Sequence record: MN871441.1
Reading direction: 5' to 3' (one strand)
DNA: 64,000 nucleotides
Each line of letters begins with the position of its first letter. Positions within the stretch are counted from its first letter, which is position 1. Both the position numbers and the translations under genes were made by a program. The notes beneath the pieces are model-generated. The model was not told where the DNA came from and ran no database searches. It saw only the letters and a program-made list of their open reading frames with translations. Shown piece by piece: positions 18,828 through 27,561 of the stretch.

Positions 18828-19273
18828 AGTTGTTCTCTAATCTCGTTCAAAATGTCACAAAACTCTTTTTCCGTCAGAATTGTGATGTGTGGATCCTTAC
18901 AACCCATAGTATGGGCCAATATATGCGGTTTTGAGTGTACCAGAGCCTCTAGGAATGATTTGTTCTGTTCGGCCATTGAAAGGTATGCGTTATACAAAAG
19001 ATTGCTATACGCTTCACTGAGACGGTTTACAGGCTTTCCTTTATACCACATAGTAAGGTCTTTCTGCCACCCCCTATTAGAATGACAAACCTTATAAACT
19101 TCATGACCCCTCAAATTGTTTATGTCCGGGGGGTTTTCATATTTGAGGCTTTGTAGGAAAGCCTCAATCGTCCGATAATACACACCGTCGAATGTAAATG
19201 GGTGTTCTGTGAAGTTTGACAACTCACGTTCAATCCAATCCCGGCTCCCGGAATAGATGTCAATGATTGCCAT
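18824..19273 (-). CDS. 30.3: NADAR family protein (T4 gp30.3-like)
   Basis: LSNFTEHPF..DG..Y..IEAFLQSLK and TILTEKEFCDIL match T4 30.3 as recalled. Confidence 0.85.
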   Translation of the reverse strand: MAIIDIYSGSRDWIERELSNFTEHPFTFDGVYYRTIEAFLQSLKYENPPDINNLRGHEVYKVCHSNRGWQKDLTMWYKGKPVNRLSEAYSNLLYNAYLSMAEQNKSFLEALVHSKPHILAHTMGCKDPHITILTEKEFCDILNEIREQL

Positions 19274-19697
19274 ACTTCTTTACCAGATCATCATAACCAC
19301 CACTGTATCCATAATCTGTGGTCTTGTCAATCTTAACCTCAATTTCTGCACTTTCAAAGTGTTCGAAATATCCCGTTACGAAATCCATATCAATTTTGAT
19401 CCTACCATCAGAGTGATGAATATTCATGGATGAGAAGAAATCGAAAGGATCTTCTACATCCTTGGCCCATGGACGACGAGAAGCCAGATCCTTAACCATT
19501 TCCTGTTTTGCTGGTGTCCAACGTTCGTTGTTGTATGCGTTATAGAACTCATTGAACTCGTAAATCTCAACAAGTGCCTTCATAGCATCATCGTTGTCAA
19601 ACCAAACAGGTGCCAGAATTCGTTCATCGTCGTATGTATTAAAACTATCACCAGTTCTATATTTTACCCTAATAATGAATTTCATACAACACCTCAC
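19260..19697 (-). CDS. hypothetical protein
   Basis: tiling ORF. Confidence 0.65.
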   Translation of the reverse strand: MRCCMKFIIRVKYRTGDSFNTYDDERILAPVWFDNDDAMKALVEIYEFNEFYNAYNNERWTPAKQEMVKDLASRRPWAKDVEDPFDFFSSMNIHHSDGRIKIDMDFVTGYFEHFESAEIEVKIDKTTDYGYSGGYDDLVKKYGNH

Positions 19698-20110
19698 TTG
19701 TAGAAAACGAACGATACGGATTGAAGTTTTCCGCCGGTAACAACTGTTCCGATATCGAAATTTTCTTGTTTGGTCATACTTTCAATAGAGCGACCCATCC
19801 GACAGATTTGTTCAATCATTTTCTCGCCACTATCCGGTTTCTGATGAAATGTAATGACCCATCGAGCAGGAGAAAAGTCATTAGATTCCAGATCCTTGAT
19901 ATTGATTGATACATGTTTATCAAATCCCTTAAGACAGGTTGGTTCATAATACTCGTTCATCTGAACCATACGTTGGAGGGTATTGATGAACTTGTTCATC
20001 CCATACTGGTATCGGAGACCGCTATATTTTCCAAAACCAAGTTTGTTACCAAACACGTCGATCTCGTTTTTAAAAACTTTCTTTGCGTAAGTAGTAATCT
20101 TCATTATCAT
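19694..20110 (-). CDS. hypothetical protein
   Basis: overlap-coupled ORF. Confidence 0.65.
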   Translation of the reverse strand: MIMKITTYAKKVFKNEIDVFGNKLGFGKYSGLRYQYGMNKFINTLQRMVQMNEYYEPTCLKGFDKHVSINIKDLESNDFSPARWVITFHQKPDSGEKMIEQICRMGRSIESMTKQENFDIGTVVTGGKLQSVSFVFYK

Positions 20111-20775
20111 TCCCCAAAATTGGTGTACTTAGATTTGAATTCCATCAGTTTTTCTTTTAAGACTTTTTCTTTCGTAGTGAGGACGTCGATCTCTTTGGAG
20201 ATACTTGACAATTCACCACTCAGACGATTGTATTCATCATTCAAAACTTTGAATGCATCTTCAATTGATGGTGTAGAAACAGATATATGTGGTTCTTTCA
20301 TATCTTGAGATGGCTCTATTGCACCAAACAATTGATCGATGTCGAGGTGAATTTCAAAATCAACATAAGATTCCATATCTTTTCGAATCTGGTGGCGATG
20401 CCAATCTCCAGATGTATGAACTACCAGACTACCAACAACCAGACCATTTGTAACTTGCGCAACGGTAGTAAGTAGGTGATGGATATGACTAGCTACACCA
20501 GTCCTATCCTTTTTGGTATTACCTACTTTAATAACAACGGAATTTGATGAGTGGTCATAATTGCAAGAATAATTAATATGACCATAGACATCAAACGAAG
20601 TTCGTGGGCCATATTCCCTCATTAGATTATGGAGGAATTTTTTGTTTAGGATACGAGCTGTATATGTCGCAGCCTGACGTCCTTTAAGCGGTTTGCGGTT
20701 ATCGTTATATGGGTTTTTATATACATCAACCTCACCACGAAGATACTGATGTACATATTTTACAAATGAGTTCAT
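20107..20775 (-). CDS. hypothetical protein with C-terminal coiled coil
   Basis: 222 aa ORF. Confidence 0.7.
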   Translation of the reverse strand: MNSFVKYVHQYLRGEVDVYKNPYNDNRKPLKGRQAATYTARILNKKFLHNLMREYGPRTSFDVYGHINYSCNYDHSSNSVVIKVGNTKKDRTGVASHIHHLLTTVAQVTNGLVVGSLVVHTSGDWHRHQIRKDMESYVDFEIHLDIDQLFGAIEPSQDMKEPHISVSTPSIEDAFKVLNDEYNRLSGELSSISKEIDVLTTKEKVLKEKLMEFKSKYTNFGE

Positions 20776-20778
20776 AAT

Positions 20779-20979
20779 TTATTCCTTTTCGTATTTTACA
20801 AGTTCACAGTCTAAACGGTCTTCTTCAAAAAGAAAAGACATATTTTCCAATTTCCTTTCTTCGCAGATCTCTTTGGTGGTTGACAATTCGACTTGGAAAG
20901 TCTCACACACAGGATTGTTGTTCATATCGATTACACATGATGTAAGAATCAAAGCAAACAAAGTTTCCATATCAATCAC
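20779..20979 (-). CDS. small exported-type hypothetical protein
   Basis: hydrophobic N-terminus, 4 Cys. Confidence 0.55.
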   Translation of the reverse strand: MIDMETLFALILTSCVIDMNNNPVCETFQVELSTTKEICEERKLENMSFLFEEDRLDCELVKYEKE

Positions 20980-21012
20980 CTCAACTGTTTCAATATAGAT
21001 ATTTTCTCAGAT

Positions 21013-21204
21013 CTAAACACCACTGTCAATAACAAATTTATGCTTACACCGACGGCACCGCATATCACAAATCTGATTGAACCAGTTGGTGATCTGGATC
21101 TGTTCAGAACCACATTCAGAACAGATTGGTTTCATCTTAGAAACTGCCTTACGACGATCAACCAAAATCTCCATACCATCAAAATCAAAATCAACTTCAA
21201 ACAT
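21013..21204 (-). CDS. Zn-ribbon protein
   Basis: CSEC and CRRC. Confidence 0.65.
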   Translation of the reverse strand: MFEVDFDFDGMEILVDRRKAVSKMKPICSECGSEQIQITNWFNQICDMRCRRCKHKFVIDSGV

Positions 21205-21227
21205 TCTAGTTCTCCAAAAAATAAAAC

Positions 21228-21265
21228 GGTATAAGGATTATCTCCCTATACCGTGAACATGTCAA
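21228..21265 (-). promoter_or_regulatory. early promoter with stem-loop enclosing the -10
   Basis: TTGACA-N17-GATAAT; CGGTATA/TATACCG arms at 21228-21253. Confidence 0.65.
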
Positions 21266-21636
21266 CCTATATCTTTCTTCAATTCAGATATGATCCACTC
21301 AGCGAGGTCATACCTATAATCCCCATAAACACCATCATACATACCAGCGTCTTTTCTCATCATCTTATAGAATACGTCAGGTTTAATCCCACACCCAGAA
21401 GGAATAGGATAACCCAGCATTCCAGAATAATGAGGCCAAGTAACAAAAGTCTCTTGAAGGATCGCGTATATCGTCCCAACAAAAGATTTTGTTTTATCTG
21501 GCATTATGTGATTTTGCTTTTTCTTGAGGTCGTAATAGATATTTGAACAAAGACCCGCAGTTTGTCTATAATTTGTAAAATCATTTTCAAGTGCGGTTTC
21601 AAGTGACTCAATAATAGACTGCTTTATTGTTTTCAT
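21262..21636 (-). CDS. hypothetical protein, paralog of 50554..50870
   Basis: GLC..WPHYSG..YPI..YG..R..LA. Confidence 0.7.
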   Translation of the reverse strand: MKTIKQSIIESLETALENDFTNYRQTAGLCSNIYYDLKKKQNHIMPDKTKSFVGTIYAILQETFVTWPHYSGMLGYPIPSGCGIKPDVFYKMMRKDAGMYDGVYGDYRYDLAEWIISELKKDIG

Positions 21637-21716
21637 TTTTACCCTCTTATCGAGAGAGGAACCATTTGGTTCTCACACAACAGTTAATACTGTCAGTAGT
21701 ATTTAGGGTTTATCAA

Positions 21717-21932
21717 TTAAATCAACAACATAACAGCGTCAACCATACCCCATACTACACCAAATGGGAACAAAACCGCAGCCACAAACCGAAGGTATAC
21801 CTCATTCGGAGCCCCCGGAATATAGATCATGGTGTGTACGTTCAGAGCCCAAAACGCGAAGTACAGAAGGAAAGGAATCATATTGGTGAATACAAAACGA
21901 AACATCTTGTAAAACATATTAATCAACCACAT
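21717..21932 (-). CDS. small membrane protein
   Basis: two hydrophobic helices. Confidence 0.55.
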   Translation of the reverse strand: MWLINMFYKMFRFVFTNMIPFLLYFAFWALNVHTMIYIPGAPNEVYLRFVAAVLFPFGVVWGMVDAVMLLI

Positions 21933-22269
21933 AATTCATCTCCTTCTCAAGTTCAACTAGAGTATCCCATCTCCCAGAACTATAGTCAACTTATTTTTTG
22001 AAGATTTTGACAATCCAACCAAGAATAGTAGCGGGCCAAATAACAGAATCGATTAGTACTGTAACTGGGATAGCGCACCAACGAAAGGGGTTTTGGGTTN
22101 ANACCAAGACCAACCTTCTTTTTCCGGATNGGTTCATACCGTTCGATAAGGTCAAAATCGAATCCAAATTTTGGCTCAAGTTTCCCGTCCAAGATCAGNA
22201 CACTACGNACNGACGNAATTGTANTGATAAAAGCAAAAACATAAATCATTGTTACATAAGCACTAANCA

Positions 22270-22497
22270 TTACGAAACCCTCTTTAAAAATGGTTTGGTG
22301 TCTACAAGTTCTTCCGGTAGATATAGGTTTAACTTTGTTTCCATACCACTACCACCGCACATAGAACCAAGAACAATCATCAATAGTTCTTTCATGTCAC
22401 CAATTGATTCAACTTTGTCCATATCAACTACAACATGAACTGGTCTCTTAAAAACCATATCGTTTACCCTAAAGCTACCACTTTTATCCACGGTCAA
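22270..22497 (-). CDS. hypothetical protein
   Basis: tiling ORF. Confidence 0.55.
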   Translation of the reverse strand: MTVDKSGSFRVNDMVFKRPVHVVVDMDKVESIGDMKELLMIVLGSMCGGSGMETKLNLYLPEELVDTKPFLKRVS

Positions 22498-23452
22498 TTA
22501 CCTCGTTTACATAATATTCATAAATGAAATTGTTCCAATAATCGTGGTCTACTTCATCGGGCATACCGTTTTTGGATGCGATTACCGCCGCTGCCTCCGC
22601 TCGGTCCATAACATCCTCAAGGTACGGTTGAACTTCCTTTGAAAAATCCAACTTACCTTGTTTTACAAGCTTGATGTATTCCGCATTTTTCAAGGGGAAT
22701 TGAAGATCACCAGTTGTGTAAATTTCAAGAAGTTGTTCCGCACCACGAATTGCGTGACTCATCGCCTTCCAATCGATACCAGACGAAGCCTTTTCAGCCC
22801 GAGCCCCATATTCAGATTTGATCTTCATAATCTGTTCTACAAACTCAGAGTAACGGATCCCAAACAGATATTTGCGACCAAGTACCTCGTAATAATAGAC
22901 GGTCTGGTGGCTGGGGTCTACAAACTTACCAATAATCAAGTTTTCACTCTGGGGCATACCAGATACAAGACCACCCAATCGGTCATCCCCATACAAGCTT
23001 ACAGGACGATTCTCGATGAAAGACAACACAGAATTAAGCTCTTGGAGACGAGACCCTTTAACCCCATACTTACTTGCCTGTTTACGAACATATCCAAGAT
23101 AAGCTTTCATCTTGGTTGTGTAAAAATCAGACCGGTTGTTTCTCAAATGTTGGAAGATCTCGGAGTTTGTCATCACTTTATCGATAGGTGCGTGAAGCAT
23201 ATCAATAGCCGCAGTTTCCCCCTTGGAAGCCATTTGAATGAACTTTTTCAGAGAAAAATACTCTCTATCGATGTCGTCCGCCGTGTTCGCAGATCCTTTG
23301 GCTCCGGTATCCCTGTGATAAACCTCTTTTGTTCCCATGATGATCTGTCGTGGTTCTGGGAGGAATACACCCTTATAATCAGTATCACTTTCCGGGGTGT
23401 CTGTTCCATACAACTTAGATCCAAACACGCACTCAAAAATCAATTCACTCAT
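22484..23452 (-). CDS. nrdC.11: Pol-beta-family nucleotidyltransferase (T4 NrdC.11-like)
   Basis: FGSKLYGTDTPESDTDYKGVFLP, DWKAMSHAIR. Confidence 0.85.
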   Translation of the reverse strand: MSELIFECVFGSKLYGTDTPESDTDYKGVFLPEPRQIIMGTKEVYHRDTGAKGSANTADDIDREYFSLKKFIQMASKGETAAIDMLHAPIDKVMTNSEIFQHLRNNRSDFYTTKMKAYLGYVRKQASKYGVKGSRLQELNSVLSFIENRPVSLYGDDRLGGLVSGMPQSENLIIGKFVDPSHQTVYYYEVLGRKYLFGIRYSEFVEQIMKIKSEYGARAEKASSGIDWKAMSHAIRGAEQLLEIYTTGDLQFPLKNAEYIKLVKQGKLDFSKEVQPYLEDVMDRAEAAAVIASKNGMPDEVDHDYWNNFIYEYYVNEVIDRG

Positions 23453-23456
23453 CTAA

Positions 23457-23897
23457 TTACCCCATAGTATTAATTGTATATGCACATTCCGAAAGGTAAC
23501 TTTCAACATACTTATACGCATCGATAATACCACCAACTGTGTCAGAAGTTATCACAAATTCCAGAACATTATCATCATCCGGAACGATGGAGGTATTAAA
23601 ATCATCAACATATTGATCACAAAAATCAACAAAACTTTCATAGAAATGGTCTTTCCAGATCTCTACATCAATACAGAAATCCTTTGGAGAAATCACAACT
23701 TCAAATTTCAATTCGTGGAAATGTTTTNNTNNTACACNAGAANATAAACTTTTCTGTTCTTGGTACAGCAAGAGACATAAGTTCATCGCNNATATAACGA
23801 TANAGCTANNNNAACTTTTGGNTTTNTGCCATAAATTTANANGACNNACNAGANAANNNNNNNNNNNNNTGTGNNNNANGAGANANNNGTTCATCAC
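23457..23897 (-). CDS. hypothetical protein
   Basis: ORF with N-rich start. Confidence 0.5.
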   Translation of the reverse strand: MMNXXLXXHXXXXXXXXXXXNLWXKXKSXXSXIVIXAMNLCLLLYQEQKSLXSXVXXKHFHELKFEVVISPKDFCIDVEIWKDHFYESFVDFCDQYVDDFNTSIVPDDDNVLEFVITSDTVGGIIDAYKYVESYLSECAYTINTMG

Positions 23898-23911
23898 CNA
23901 TNTNNNNNNNC

Positions 23912-24459
23912 GTAAAATNGTGCTATACCATTATTGAATCGAACCAACNTAGACCCTTCACTGTTGAAGGTAATATCATAANATGGTGATTTGATGTTTT
24001 TTGGTGTTTTTTGAATATACGCAAAACTAGCAACCAAATTACACATCACTTTGAATGACACAAATTGTACCCGACCGAATCCATCCAGAACAGAGAACCC
24101 GCGAGCACCTGTATCTGTACCGTTGGCGGAACGGAATCCAAGAATTGATGCTACGTCGTTAATTGCGTTAATTGTTCTACAATTTCTTTATTGTAAAATA
24201 GTGTCATACCATTATTGAATCGAACCAACACAGACCCTTCGCTGTTGAGGGTAATATCATAAAATGGTAATTTGATGGTTTTTGGTGTTTTTTGAATATC
24301 CGCAAAACTAGCAACCAAATTACACATNACTTTGAATGACACAAATTGTACCCGCCCGAATCCATCCAGAACAGAGAACCCACGAGCGCCAGTATCTGTA
24401 CCGTTGGCTGGACGGAATCCAAGAATTGATGCTACGTCGTTAATTGCGTTAATTGTTCT
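23912..24459. repeat. tandem duplication, 281-bp period, diverged copies
   Basis: 23912-24178 matches 24193-24459 with mostly synonymous substitutions. Confidence 0.9.
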
Positions 24460-24465
24460 TTTCAT
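24151..24465 (-). CDS. hypothetical protein (duplicated segment)
   Basis: 104 aa ORF. Confidence 0.6.
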   Translation of the reverse strand: MKRTINAINDVASILGFRPANGTDTGARGFSVLDGFGRVQFVSFKXMCNLVASFADIQKTPKTIKLPFYDITLNSEGSVLVRFNNGMTLFYNKEIVEQLTQLTT

Positions 24466-24647
24466 ACTTTACCTACACATTTAATATTGTTCATTTTGAA
24501 TTCTGCCATGAGAACATCATACAAGCGAGCTTTTTTACCATACTTAGCAATCAGCATTTCCAGTGATATTTTCATAACTATTCCTCGGTTTGTTTCGACA
24601 AAAAGAGTATCCCACATCAGGGGATACTCTGTCAACAACTTTAACAA
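24462..24647 (-). CDS. hypothetical protein
   Basis: overlap-coupled ORF. Confidence 0.55.
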   Translation of the reverse strand: MLKLLTEYPLMWDTLFVETNRGIVMKISLEMLIAKYGKKARLYDVLMAEFKMNNIKCVGKV

Positions 24648-25006
24648 CCTTTGAGAATATCAAGTTGTGTGCGAAGGGTAAGAGCAATAGAAGTTGATTT
24701 TACCTTAGACGACTTCAACTTAGACACAACAGTCTCCAACTCACCAATGGTATGTTGATGTTCATTAGCCAAAAGTTGTTTCTGTGCTTCATAAGAAGCT
24801 TCAAGATCTTTCAGGTCTTTCATGTATGCATTAGTGAGGTCATCCATCTGTACCATCGTATACCCAATAGCATTGGTATCAGTTTCAGCTCGTTTTTCAG
24901 CTTGTTCTTTTAGATCTTCTAGCTGCTGGATCATCGCATCCGTGGTTGGGATAGATGGTGGAAGTGGGTCACTATAAAACATATCTTTAATTTTAGAAAT
25001 CATCAA
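24641..25006 (-). CDS. coiled-coil hypothetical protein
   Basis: heptad pattern. Confidence 0.65.
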   Translation of the reverse strand: MMISKIKDMFYSDPLPPSIPTTDAMIQQLEDLKEQAEKRAETDTNAIGYTMVQMDDLTNAYMKDLKDLEASYEAQKQLLANEHQHTIGELETVVSKLKSSKVKSTSIALTLRTQLDILKGC

Positions 25007-25758
25007 AATTCTCTCTTTGTCAATACAATTTTAAAGTTAAATTCGAAAGTTTTTTCTGTTGTGTTGTTGGTCACAGAAAGAATGCTATTTTCACTGTCTA
25101 TATTCACGTAGAAACGAGGATCCTGCACACCACAAAGGATAGTTTGGTATAGTTCGTCCCCGAAAAATTCTGGTTTCAGTACACAGTCATAGAATCCAAT
25201 CGAACTACCATCATCCTGCCATGAGTCCCAATGAGAGATAACAGAACGTTCCGAACCACCGTCACTACCCAAGATACTCCAAATAAAGAATGAGACATCG
25301 TTGAGGCATGTGTTTACTCGATGGTGGGTTACATTTTCTCCAACTACATCAGACAGATCATCCACAAATGTCCAGAAATTATCCGAGATAAATTCAATAA
25401 ATTCTGGGGAATACCCTCGTTCTTGATACCGGGTCAAAAACATTTCTTTGATCTTAGAACGTTGGTTATCTTGATACCACTGGTTATTTTCATACACAGG
25501 TTTTTCTGGGTATACAAGCTCAACGTCATACCCCATATCAACAACAAATTTCACAACTTCTGAATGTGTNGACACCATTATAAAATCAAAGGNCCCNCTT
25601 TCTACATGAGACTGAATCTCTTTTAGATATTCGTTNGGCCAATTNGTTTTAAATTTNGANNTGTCAAGATNCACAATTTTATATTGAGGAAACTTATTGT
25701 NTTTTACTGCCGTNGATTTCCCCNCACCGGGAAATCCACAAATTACTTTAGTCTTCAT
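25003..25758 (-). CDS. P-loop NTPase/kinase-like protein
   Basis: N-terminal VICGFPGxGKxT Walker A. Confidence 0.7.
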   Translation of the reverse strand: MKTKVICGFPGXGKXTAVKXNKFPQYKIVXLDXXKFKXNWXNEYLKEIQSHVEXGXFDFIMVXTHSEVVKFVVDMGYDVELVYPEKPVYENNQWYQDNQRSKIKEMFLTRYQERGYSPEFIEFISDNFWTFVDDLSDVVGENVTHHRVNTCLNDVSFFIWSILGSDGGSERSVISHWDSWQDDGSSIGFYDCVLKPEFFGDELYQTILCGVQDPRFYVNIDSENSILSVTNNTTEKTFEFNFKIVLTKREF

Positions 25759-26188
25759 GTTCTCGTCTCACAAACGCTTGATAACTTTCAATATAACCCT
25801 TTATGTTATCTTTACCAATTGGGTTTTGTGTATGGTAATAGATATATTCGGGAAGTTCTTTGTTGTCGTATTGTGCAATATCAACAAGATATTTTGCACA
25901 TGACAACCCTGTATATTCAATACCATCCTCGTCGTAATCAGCTAGGTCGTGGTCAAAGCTAATATATTTCGGGATGCCGTTCGTCCGGATCTCATCCTTA
26001 AAGTCTGAATACGTCCGAACAATAGTCCACTGAATATCTGGGTCATAATGAACCCAACCTATATCAGACGGATTTCGAATGTCATCAATAAAAATACCAC
26101 GAAATTTCTTACCCATTGCATTATTCCAATGAACTAGACCGATCAGAATTACCAACAGTCCAATCATGGATAAAACGTAACCGGTCAT
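25748..26188 (-). CDS. cyclic-phosphate-processing receiver (cREC) domain protein with N-terminal TM helix
   Basis: IFIDDIRNP, IVRTY, ISFDHDL, TG..CAKYL, HTQNPIG. Confidence 0.8.
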   Translation of the reverse strand: MTGYVLSMIGLLVILIGLVHWNNAMGKKFRGIFIDDIRNPSDIGWVHYDPDIQWTIVRTYSDFKDEIRTNGIPKYISFDHDLADYDEDGIEYTGLSCAKYLVDIAQYDNKELPEYIYYHTQNPIGKDNIKGYIESYQAFVRREHED

Positions 26189-26198
26189 AAATCACCTC

Positions 26199-26591
26199 TT
26201 ANANACTTGATGCACCACGAATCAACTGTTTTGTTACAANNAATTCNCGTTCTCCNATGATATCAATNACCTGNGACGGNATATACCCACACACATCAAT
26301 AAAAACATGGGTCGCATCAGGTACNGTCNCCAACGCNTTNTCTANTTGTTCTTTNAGACCANGAGGNCCATTGAAATTGGANCCGGATTGGACAGAAGAA
26401 ACAACCAATTCAAACGTCTCTGTNTCTGGNGANACNNANTCATAAAGNCGNTCAAACGCNTGTTGTTCATCNAGNTCATCAATCAANACAATNACNGGAC
26501 TNATNNCNACTTGTTCNGCNGCTTTTGCNAGAAGNCGNGANGTTTTACCNGTNCCTNCTTCACCAAAAATCACTTCAAAAATTTTACCCAT
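26199..26591 (-). CDS. small P-loop NTPase-like protein
   Basis: reading through wobble Ns gives IFGExGTGKTSRLL..VIVLID. Confidence 0.55.
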   Translation of the reverse strand: MGKIFEVIFGEXXXGKXXXLXAKXXEQXXXSXXIXLIDXXDEQXAFXXLYXXXXPXTETFELVVSSVQSXSNFNXPXGXKEQXXXALXXVPDATHVFIDVCGYXPXQXIDIXGEXEXXVTKQLIRGASSX

Positions 26592-26592
26592 T

Positions 26593-27099
26593 TTACATTC
26601 CTTTTTGTTCAGAAGACCAACCATTTTGNTTAGCCACGGCAGAAAGACGATAGAACCCCTCCTGATATTTGAAGGAACGTTTCATATCTTTTTCGGTTAC
26701 TCCCTTGAGACGACGTAGGTCACTATTATGACGGAAGTCACACATCTTTACAAGACACGCCATCCGGTTGGATTCGATACCTTGAAGGTAAGATTCATAA
26801 ACCACAGGGTCTTTATAATCGTTACCATGTTTTTTGGTCAGGAGAACCACCGATTTTACTACTTCTGGGTTAAAACCCATTTCAAGAAGGTCATCAGCAG
26901 TTGCATTCTGTACATCCTCTAGATAATCATGGAGAAGTGCAACCTGTTTCAGCTTGTCATCTGCTTTAGGGCCAAGCTTCCGACACACTTCCATACAATG
27001 CTCGAAATAAGGACGTCCACCACGGTCAAATACAGTTGCAAATGCATCAGAAACCAGACTATAGGCAATTGCAGTCATTTTTGCATCATGTTTACTCAT
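26593..27099 (-). CDS. HD-domain hydrolase, RelA/SpoT (Mesh1/SAH)-like
   Basis: RPYFEH, ALLHDYLED, VKMCDFRHN. Confidence 0.85.
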   Translation of the reverse strand: MSKHDAKMTAIAYSLVSDAFATVFDRGGRPYFEHCMEVCRKLGPKADDKLKQVALLHDYLEDVQNATADDLLEMGFNPEVVKSVVLLTKKHGNDYKDPVVYESYLQGIESNRMACLVKMCDFRHNSDLRRLKGVTEKDMKRSFKYQEGFYRLSAVAXQNGWSSEQKGM

Positions 27100-27100
27100 T

Positions 27101-27352
27101 TTAAATCTCCCAAATAGTCATACGAAAAACCAATTTCTTTGCTTCATCTTTTACGTGTTGAGGTATTTCTGATCCATCAGTGATATATTCACGGAGAGTT
27201 GGTCCATGACCTAACTTTCCGTAAAAGGGGCCTTTGACGAAGTTTGTTGCTGCTTCAACAACAAGATAACCACCATCAAAATCTTCACGGACGTATCGAC
27301 CAGTTACCAATTCCGGGGAGTAGTTGCTAGCTTGATATCGAATCTGAATCAT
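27101..27352 (-). CDS. hypothetical protein
   Basis: tiling ORF. Confidence 0.6.
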   Translation of the reverse strand: MIQIRYQASNYSPELVTGRYVREDFDGGYLVVEAATNFVKGPFYGKLGHGPTLREYITDGSEIPQHVKDEAKKLVFRMTIWEI

Positions 27353-27561
27353 GTTTTATCTCTCTCGTAAGTTCAAAACAATTATATCAATCGGGAGTCT
27401 GATAATCAACTACTATTTTCATATTATATCCGGGTCGATTATGAGTTCGATCCAAATTACCTTCAACGTATTCAAACATATTCTCGTTGAATTTCTTATC
27501 AGTATACTCTGTATAAACAGAATTTACAAACACCATGATACCAAACACCAGAAAAATGATT

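Noticed and set aside
22658-23467. Long plus-strand ORFs (also 13761..14402, 32867..33694, 36852..37598, 56484..57110, 58617..59243)
   Set aside because: They are antisense shadows of well-supported minus-strand genes, with no RBS or motifs.
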